Under the pieces are notes generated by a model. It was not told the DNA's origin. It did no database searches and saw only the letters and a list, made by a program, of their open reading frames with translations. Shown one piece after another: positions 57,030 through 64,000 of a stretch of 64,000 bases of DNA (its first letter is position 1; each line of letters starts with the position of its first letter). This DNA comes from an uncultured virus (IMG/VR IMGVR_UViG_3300027749_000064) (lineage: Duplodnaviria > Heunggongvirae > Uroviricota > Caudoviricetes). The DNA is taken from IMG/VR virus record IMGVR_UViG_3300027749_000064. One strand, written 5' to 3'. Position numbers and translations under genes: made by a program.

Positions 57030-60000
57030 TGCTAAATAATGTCAGTTCTGATATTTTTTCTAATTCTAGTGCTATTGAAATTCAACCAATAGTTTCTGCT
57101 GAATGGAATCATAATTTATTCAATGCACCGTACGTTACTGTTGCTGGAACAGGCACTCTTATTACCCCCACTTTATCTTCTGGAACAATAACAACAGGAG
57201 GTACAGACAGTACACTCCCTGGATTTAGCATAAATAATTTTATTTTAACGGCGGGATCAACAAGCGCTTATGGAAATGTAGTATATACAGCAAGTTCTTT
57301 AAGTTCTCCAGCATATAAAATAGTAACTTATTTTAAAACAAACAATAATTTGCCAGTTTCTGTAAATGCATATGCAAAAGGTGGATCTTCTACTCAAGCG
57401 GGATCTGCATATACAGAAGTAAATTCATATGGGTGGACTAAACTTGAAGCTTATGTAGGTGGATATAGTTCTTCGGATACAATATCTTCTTTAACTTATA
57501 CCATATCTGTAAATTCATTAAATTCTGATAATAATGCCACAACTATATACTTTACACCCCCTCAAATTTTTGAAACAACATTTTATAATTATCAAAATAA
57601 TTCTTTATGGCCAACTGATAGCGCATTTACTTATTTTAGACCAGGAGAAACTTATGTGACAACTGGTAATATAAATGTTGCAACTCCTTCTAATTTTAGA
57701 AAAATAAATAGATCTTCAAGTATTTTAAATGGTTTTAGCGGATCAGCTTATGCACCTATAAGTTCAATATCTCAATCGCCAAGTTTTACAATGGCAAAAC
57801 ATTCTTTGCCATTGTATAAAAATTCTTTACCAAACGAAATGGCAATTTATAAATATTTTGTTTCAGATACATCTACATTAACTAATCCAAAAATTGCAGC
57901 GTTATATGCTCAAAATATTAATGTAAATAAAATTGTTATTAAGTTTAATACTTTAATGAGTGTGCCAACATTTAATTTATATATTGATGGCTCAATTATA
58001 ACTGTAGATGGAAGTACAACACTTACTACCCCGACAAATTCTGATAGCATTGCAACAGGGGTTTTAGTCTTATATTGGACAGGATCGGCATGGACTAAAA
58101 CAAAATGGTCAACAATGCCAGCATTTGATTCATCAGGTGTATTATCTAAATATACTTCATTTAAAAAAATATCTATAACTCAAACAAATGCTACAGCTAC
58201 ATCTCAATTTTCTTCATATAACAATTCAAACTTTACCTCAGACCTTACTAGAATGCAACTGATAGAGCTGTCACCTAGACTTGAAATTGATGTTTCAGAT
58301 TTTGTTAAAGATGTCACTATAAATAAATCGTTAGATAGCAAAAATAACTTTGTTCCAATATCTTCAATAAATGCAAATGATGTTTCAATTAATCTTTCAG
58401 CAATTCCTATAGCATTAAATAATGGATTTATTCCAATTTTTTCAAGTCAGAGTAATTTATCAACAAACGTGCTAGCAAATATGCTTAGAAAAAATATTAA
58501 ATTTTATGTAAATTTTACATTAAAATCTTATTATGATGCTACAACAAATAATTTTGTTCAATTAAATATACAAAGTGGCAAAACAGTTGGGACGCATATT
58601 CCTGGAGGAATATTTTACTCAGATTCATGGGATGAAACAGATATTAAAGATGTTAAAATTGTAGCGTATGATATTACAAGATATTTGCAGACTACAGCTG
58701 TTTCAGATTATGTTGCTAATTTAAAACCAGTATTTGATGTAATAACTAATATGCTGGATCTATCGGGCTTTACTGATTATGATGTAGATTCATTATATGA
58801 TGTTTGCAATGATTACACTTCCCCGCTTGATCTTGCATATTTTTATACAAACGGGCGGGACACAACAATTGTTGATACCCTAGCAGGGATATTCCTAGCA
58901 TATCAAATAGGTGCATATATTGATGAATATGGGGTAATGAAATTTAAAAGTTTATCTCAAATATTAAATAATAATACATCTAATTTAACTATATCCGATT
59001 CATCAATTTTAGTGGGTGGTTATTCTATTATAAATAAAGCTAAACCTGGAAAACTTTCATTAAGATATCAAGTGCCTAAAATTAAACAAACATTATCTTT
59101 ACAAAATGCTGCTACTCCAGATCAAAAAAATAGTCCATCTTTTATTATAACAACATCAACAGATATTATGTGGTCTCAAGAAACATCAGATGCAGTAGGA
59201 TTTAATTATTTAAATTCAACTATGCAAGAAACAGATAATTTTTATACTATTAATACAAACGATCTTCTTGATATATTTCATACTTTTAATTTAAGTAATA
59301 ATGGATATGCGGTAATTGAGGATGAATTAGTTTCATTTGTATATAAAGAGTATAAAATACAACAGTATTCAAATTCATCAAATTATGTTTATGTTTCTGT
59401 AAAAAATGACCTTGAGCTTAATTCAGAAGTTAATAGATTTGTTAAAAAATATTCAGCAGGATTAGTAAGTTCAAATTATGGCAATATAACTAATGCTTCT
59501 GGTGATGGTACAACTATGACTTTTACATGTAATAACAATTTTAAAGCAGGTCTAAAGATTTATGTAACTGGTGTAACTCCAGCAGGATATAATGGGAATG
59601 GAAAAATTATTTCTGCAAATTCAACAACTTTTACAGTAAAAGGGGCAACTACTGGATCTTATGTTTCTGGCGGACAAGCAATTGTTGCTACAGATTACGA
59701 TGTAGTAGTTATTCCGACAGGAAGAATTACAAACACACAAAGAGGTCTTTTTGGCACAGTTCCTAAAACACATTCTATTGCTACAAGCGCTTCATCTAAA
59801 AATTTAATTGAAGCATCAATAAATGCAAGTAATGTAATGTCAACAGGAACAACAAGAACATCTATTGTAACAAACAGCTCGCCCTTACCCAACGTTACAA
59901 AACTTGCAATTACTGCACCAACTACCACCAAATGCCTAGTCTATCCATCATCTCAAGATATTGGATATCATACCTATTCAGTTAAATTTGACTTAACAAA

Positions 60001-61405
60001 TCAACAAGTTGCTACGGCGGGCTTATTTTTTAATAATAATGGATCAAATTCAAGTGGAACTTATTTTGTAGAATTATTACAATATAATACACCAACTGAA
60101 TCAGCAGGTGCTACAATGAATAATCCAGCAATCTATCAGTATATGATATCTATTTCACAAATTGTTAGCGGCACATTAACACAGTTAGCTTGGGCAGATG
60201 TAACAGGAACTGTAAAAAATATATTATTAAATAATCCAAAAGTATTTTCTAAAAATGGAACAACATATACCACTATATCTGACGATGTATTTCATTTAAA
60301 AGCAATTCATTGGACATCTGATGGTACTGACGCAACTAATTCAGAAGGTGAAGATGCTGGCCAATTAATTAAAGTCTTTTTAAATAACGCACTAGTAACT
60401 GGCTTTCAAGTACCAGGCAGTAGTTCAAACACATATTTAACATCTAGCTGGAAAGCAACAGATAAAAACTTAGTAACAGGGTTAAGAAAAAATGTAGTTT
60501 TAAATAGTAGTTTTTTTAATACGTCTGGGAAATACTTTGGATTTTGTACTTCAACTTCATTTTCTGGAATCAATGGAGGCAACCCAATTTATTCTTCTGT
60601 TTCATCTACCGTAATACCTGCAAATTTAAGAGAAATTTATGCAAATGAAAAAATATTATCAGAACGCAGTGTAAATTATTGGTATCAAGATAGAGAATTT
60701 TTAAATGGAGTTATTCAAAAACAAAATATATTTGGTAAATATCGTGGCTACATGATGCAAACAACACCAGAAGTTGTAGGAATAAATGTTTATGATGTTC
60801 AATATACTAATCCAGCTGCAGTAACTGCAGATGCTTATTGGGGCGGGTACTTATTACAGTATTACCCTGGGTCAGAAGTATATGATCAAGCATATAAACA
60901 ACAACAAGTAATTGATGAATATGGACTATCTTTTTCTACAGTATTAAATACAGGATTTAGAGCTAAATTTGCAGTTGCCAACAATAAAAGACAAATGGTA
61001 TATCTTGCACATAAGCCTGATACAAATATACAATTAGATTCAAGATTTACTATTTGGACTCATGAAATTGTAAGTCAATCAGATCCACAAATTTTTGAAA
61101 AAATTACAGATAGATCAAATATATCTGAAGTAGCACAAATTGATTCTGTGTGGATACAGTCTGAAGAAGCAGCAAATAAACTTTTAAAAGTAATTGAAAA
61201 AGGTTTTGACGGGTTTTCAAAAGATACTAAAATTCAACTATTTGGTAATCCATTAATTCAAGTAGGAGATGTTGTAACAATTAATTATTCATTATCTAAA
61301 TTAAATCAACAAAAATATGCCGTACATTCAGTTTCACAAGCATTTAATCAAGGTTTAAAAACAACTCTTGTCCTTAATCAAATTGATAAAGGGGTATCTT
61401 ATTAA
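57029..61405 (+). CDS. Large tail tip/hub protein
   Basis: YIDEYG..KF; C-terminal GNPLIQVGDVVTI. Confidence 0.75.
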   Translation: MLNNVSSDIFSNSSAIEIQPIVSAEWNHNLFNAPYVTVAGTGTLITPTLSSGTITTGGTDSTLPGFSINNFILTAGSTSAYGNVVYTASSLSSPAYKIVTYFKTNNNLPVSVNAYAKGGSSTQAGSAYTEVNSYGWTKLEAYVGGYSSSDTISSLTYTISVNSLNSDNNATTIYFTPPQIFETTFYNYQNNSLWPTDSAFTYFRPGETYVTTGNINVATPSNFRKINRSSSILNGFSGSAYAPISSISQSPSFTMAKHSLPLYKNSLPNEMAIYKYFVSDTSTLTNPKIAALYAQNINVNKIVIKFNTLMSVPTFNLYIDGSIITVDGSTTLTTPTNSDSIATGVLVLYWTGSAWTKTKWSTMPAFDSSGVLSKYTSFKKISITQTNATATSQFSSYNNSNFTSDLTRMQLIELSPRLEIDVSDFVKDVTINKSLDSKNNFVPISSINANDVSINLSAIPIALNNGFIPIFSSQSNLSTNVLANMLRKNIKFYVNFTLKSYYDATTNNFVQLNIQSGKTVGTHIPGGIFYSDSWDETDIKDVKIVAYDITRYLQTTAVSDYVANLKPVFDVITNMLDLSGFTDYDVDSLYDVCNDYTSPLDLAYFYTNGRDTTIVDTLAGIFLAYQIGAYIDEYGVMKFKSLSQILNNNTSNLTISDSSILVGGYSIINKAKPGKLSLRYQVPKIKQTLSLQNAATPDQKNSPSFIITTSTDIMWSQETSDAVGFNYLNSTMQETDNFYTINTNDLLDIFHTFNLSNNGYAVIEDELVSFVYKEYKIQQYSNSSNYVYVSVKNDLELNSEVNRFVKKYSAGLVSSNYGNITNASGDGTTMTFTCNNNFKAGLKIYVTGVTPAGYNGNGKIISANSTTFTVKGATTGSYVSGGQAIVATDYDVVVIPTGRITNTQRGLFGTVPKTHSIATSASSKNLIEASINASNVMSTGTTRTSIVTNSSPLPNVTKLAITAPTTTKCLVYPSSQDIGYHTYSVKFDLTNQQVATAGLFFNNNGSNSSGTYFVELLQYNTPTESAGATMNNPAIYQYMISISQIVSGTLTQLAWADVTGTVKNILLNNPKVFSKNGTTYTTISDDVFHLKAIHWTSDGTDATNSEGEDAGQLIKVFLNNALVTGFQVPGSSSNTYLTSSWKATDKNLVTGLRKNVVLNSSFFNTSGKYFGFCTSTSFSGINGGNPIYSSVSSTVIPANLREIYANEKILSERSVNYWYQDREFLNGVIQKQNIFGKYRGYMMQTTPEVVGINVYDVQYTNPAAVTADAYWGGYLLQYYPGSEVYDQAYKQQQVIDEYGLSFSTVLNTGFRAKFAVANNKRQMVYLAHKPDTNIQLDSRFTIWTHEIVSQSDPQIFEKITDRSNISEVAQIDSVWIQSEEAANKLLKVIEKGFDGFSKDTKIQLFGNPLIQVGDVVTINYSLSKLNQQKYAVHSVSQAFNQGLKTTLVLNQIDKGVSY

Positions 61406-61455
61406 AATGACCAAAAAGTGGTATAATCTATATATAAATAAGAAAAGGTGGAATC

Positions 61456-61965
61456 GTGTCCTATATTAAAATTTCAGACCCTAATATTATTGACTTGGCT
61501 GCTTGGCATCAAGTTATTAATGTAATAAATCAGCACAGCGATAGCTTAGCCGCAATAACTAATAATTTCGGGGTGTCTAGCTCAGTAACTTGGGATGCAG
61601 CTGGCTATGCACATCAATATGACCCAGCGTCTCAAGCAATTATATTTGGACGAGCTTCAAACAGAACTGCAGACTCGGGAGTAGCAGGTGTTTATTATGG
61701 ATCAGTAACTTTTGCGGATTCAGCAACAGGCACAAATTCATTTTCGGGGACTCCAATAGTAACAGCAACAATTTTTACTGGCAATGCAACAACAGTTGCA
61801 GCAACACTTGAAGATGTTGTAATAAATGTTTACAATGTTTCATCTACAGGATTTAAGTATAGATTGTTTAAAACAGGAACTGGAACAACAGATACAACTC
61901 ACACAATATCTTCAGGAAGCACAATTTATATTAACTGGATGGCAATCGGTCCAAGATTAAGTTAG
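61456..61965 (+). CDS. Minor tail protein (H-type lectin/gp53-like C-terminus)
   Basis: VTF...FSGTPIVTAT...VSSTGF...INWMAIG. Confidence 0.65.
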   Translation: MSYIKISDPNIIDLAAWHQVINVINQHSDSLAAITNNFGVSSSVTWDAAGYAHQYDPASQAIIFGRASNRTADSGVAGVYYGSVTFADSATGTNSFSGTPIVTATIFTGNATTVAATLEDVVINVYNVSSTGFKYRLFKTGTGTTDTTHTISSGSTIYINWMAIGPRLS

Positions 61966-61975
61966 TGGGGGTAAG

Positions 61976-64000
61976 ATGAAATCTATACCAGGATCTAATA
62001 ATGATGCGGCTAAAAAACCAACGCTCTATATACCCGATGGTGATCCTCGGGCAGCAAATAGTCTTGCCGCAGCAAATGCAGCATCAAAAAGTAATGCAGA
62101 AGTTAAAAATATTTCATCAAGATCATTTTCTTTAACACAATTAAGTGGCGCAGCAGCTTCTGGAAGTCCAATTTCTACCGCTACATTACCTGCTACGCCA
62201 GGTAATTCACCATCAGTTAATATAGGTCCAATTATTAAGGGTTTAGTTTTACCAGGTGGAATTACTAATTTTACAGCAGTTTGGGATGGCGATAATCTTG
62301 TATTTACTTTTAATTGTGATCCTACGGCATCACAAAATCAATATCTTTCTAATTTTTATTTTTTATTTACTCCAACAGGTAGTTCTACTCAGTATGCCTG
62401 GAGTCCACAAGCTACTCAAGTAAATAATTCGGGCAGTACACAAACAATTACTTTTACATTAACCGATAATACAAATACATTTAATACACAAGTTACAAGT
62501 TTTTCTGCAATTAGTGTTTCTGCACAAGATGGATTTGGCAATAGAGGCGATTATGTTTCTTTAACAACAATTCCGACATATAGTAGTGGATTGCCTATTC
62601 CAGTATATACAATTTCAGCTATTAATAATGGATATTCTGTTGCGTGGACAGCAATTACAAATTCAAATTTTTATAGGATTCAAATACAGGAATATGTTTC
62701 AGATGCTACATCAGAACCAACAGGCGTTACTTATACAGAAACTTATAATGGCACATTAAATCCCGCCGTAGTAATTGCTCCAACATTAAATAAAAGATGG
62801 GTTAAAGTAAGATTTTGGGCAACATCAAATGTTCCAGGTCCTTGGGGTGCAGCACAAGCAGTTACTCCAACAGCACCAATTTCAGTAAATACTACAGTGC
62901 CCACAGAAGTAACAGTAGGAACAGTATCTTGGTCGGGGACAAATATTGTTATTCCATACACACTACCTTCTACAAATGCAGGAGTTAGATTTTTAGTTAA
63001 ATTAACAGCACCAAATTCACAAGTTGGATATTTTTATTTTTTCCCAGATGGCACAACAAATTTAAGTCAATCACACACTATTAGTTCTGCTGATTTATAT
63101 GCACAGTTTGGCGCATATTATTCTTCTTATTCTGGAGTTTTTGTTAGCTACTCATCTGTAGATGTAACTAGTAGCGGAGCCTCTTTTAATGTCCCCGCAC
63201 GATCAAATCCCTTAGCAGCAATTACTCCAAATCCAACAATAGTTGGAAACATTAATGGTTATAACGTAACATTTGATTTTTCTACAATCCCAGCAACTTA
63301 TGCTGAAATTTATCAAAAGTATACAAGTTCTGCTTGGTCTTCTAACCCACCTGATGCTATTACTGCATCTTATTCTTCAGGCGGGGCTTCAGGAGCAACA
63401 ACAATTGTAGTAAATACAGTAAAAGATAACGATGGGAATACATTAACTTCTATACAAGATGGATATTTAATTACTGGAACAGGAATTCCAACAAATACAT
63501 ATGTTTCTTCTGTTTCAGGAACTGCACCAACATTTACCTTAACATTAAGTAAGGCTTTAACTACACAAGCAGCGGGAACTTATACTATGCAAGGTTTAGT
63601 GTGGGCTGGGGTAAGTCCAGCAAATATATTTAGTAATTTATATATTCCTACATATGTAATTGTAAGATATTATGATAATTTTAATAATGCTTCTTTGCTT
63701 TCTTCTTCAACAACAGTTACTCCAATTGATCCATCTCTTTCTGTTATTAGCAATGCAGTACAAATAGGAAGCGGAGGAGCAATATATGTAGGAGCCAGTG
63801 CCACTAGTGGCGCAAGAGTAGTTTTAGGACCTTCTAAAAAAGCTCCAGATGGTTCGCAATATTCAGGCATATTTGCATTTGATTATGGATCAGCATCTGG
63901 AGATGCTGCAAGTACATCAATTATTACAAATCCTTCTGCGGGAGGATTTACATTTGAAACTATAAATGCAAAAATTGCAGACTGGACTATTTCAACAAAT
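61976..64000 (+). CDS. Large Ser/Thr-rich tail protein, truncated by window end, not in ORF track
   Basis: ATG at 61976 (MKSIPGSNND...); same frame reads INAKIADWTISTN at the window end; I translated both ends, not every codon. Confidence 0.8.
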   Translation, partial: MKSIPGSNNDAAKKPTLYIPDGDPRAANSLAAANAASKSNAEVKNISSRSFSLTQLSGAAASGSPISTATLPATPGNSPSVNIGPIIKGLVLPGGITNFTAVWDGDNLVFTFNCDPTASQNQYLSNFYFLFTPTGSSTQYAWSPQATQVNNSGSTQTITFTLTDNTNTFNTQVTSFSAISVSAQDGFGNRGDYVSLTTIPTYSSGLPIPVYTISAINNGYSVAWTAITNSNFYRIQIQEYVSDATSEPTGVTYTETYNGTLNPAVVIAPTLNKRWVKVRFWATSNVPGPWGAAQAVTPTAPISVNTTVPTEVTVGTVSWSGTNIVIPYTLPSTNAGVRFLVKLTAPNSQVGYFYFFPDGTTNLSQSHTISSADLYAQFGAYYSSYSGVFVSYSSVDVTSSGASFNVPARSNPLAAITPNPTIVGNINGYNVTFDFSTIPATYAEIYQKYTSSAWSSNPPDAITASYSSGGASGATTIVVNTVKDNDGNTLTSIQDGYLITGTGIPTNTYVSSVSGTAPTFTLTLSKALTTQAAGTYTMQGLVWAGVSPANIFSNLYIPTYVIVRYYDNFNNASLLSSSTTVTPIDPSLSVISNAVQIGSGGAIYVGASATSGARVVLGPSKKAPDGSQYSGIFAFDYGSASGDAASTSIITNPSAGGFTFETINAKIADWTISTN

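Noticed and set aside
19093..63870. Short alternate-frame and antisense ORFs inside nrdJ and structural genes
   Set aside because: Overlap long, well-supported genes and reflect their codon bias

Overview
AT-rich segment of a large tailed (siphovirus-like) dsDNA phage, probably infecting an actinobacterium (inferred from regulatory motifs). Layout: (i) ~0.7-12.3 kb, a leftward 'early' arm of small orphan genes with a YubB/DUF1281-like gene, a DUF932 gene and tRNA-Asp(GTC); (ii) 12.5-17.2 kb, leftward accessory genes (methyltransferase, glycosyltransferase-like, CxxCxxCC protein, permuted NlpC/P60, secreted lysozyme-like protein); (iii) 17.5-64 kb, rightward genes: GT4, class II RNR (nrdJ), fibre proteins, three paralogous propeller-repeat proteins, two GT-A-like genes, portal, CHAP lysin, protease/scaffold, capsid, neck, tail tube, frameshifted chaperones, tape measure and tail tip. 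The strongest signal is non-coding. The early arm is packed with motifs matching bacterial host regulators: 11 exact TGTCRG-N10-TAnnnT promoters (the mycobacterial PafBC/RecA-NDp architecture), 11 CRP-type boxes, tandem ARG boxes, a LexA box, a parS site, GACAC (WhiA-type) sites next to -35 elements and possible MraZ repeats. These are organised around a repeated 26-bp GC-rich element. Also notable: a tape measure with a duplicated linker plus cargo modules (one kinase-like), several candidate structured RNAs, and window-wide enrichment of GCGGG/CCCGC. All calls come from reading the sequence; no searches were run.
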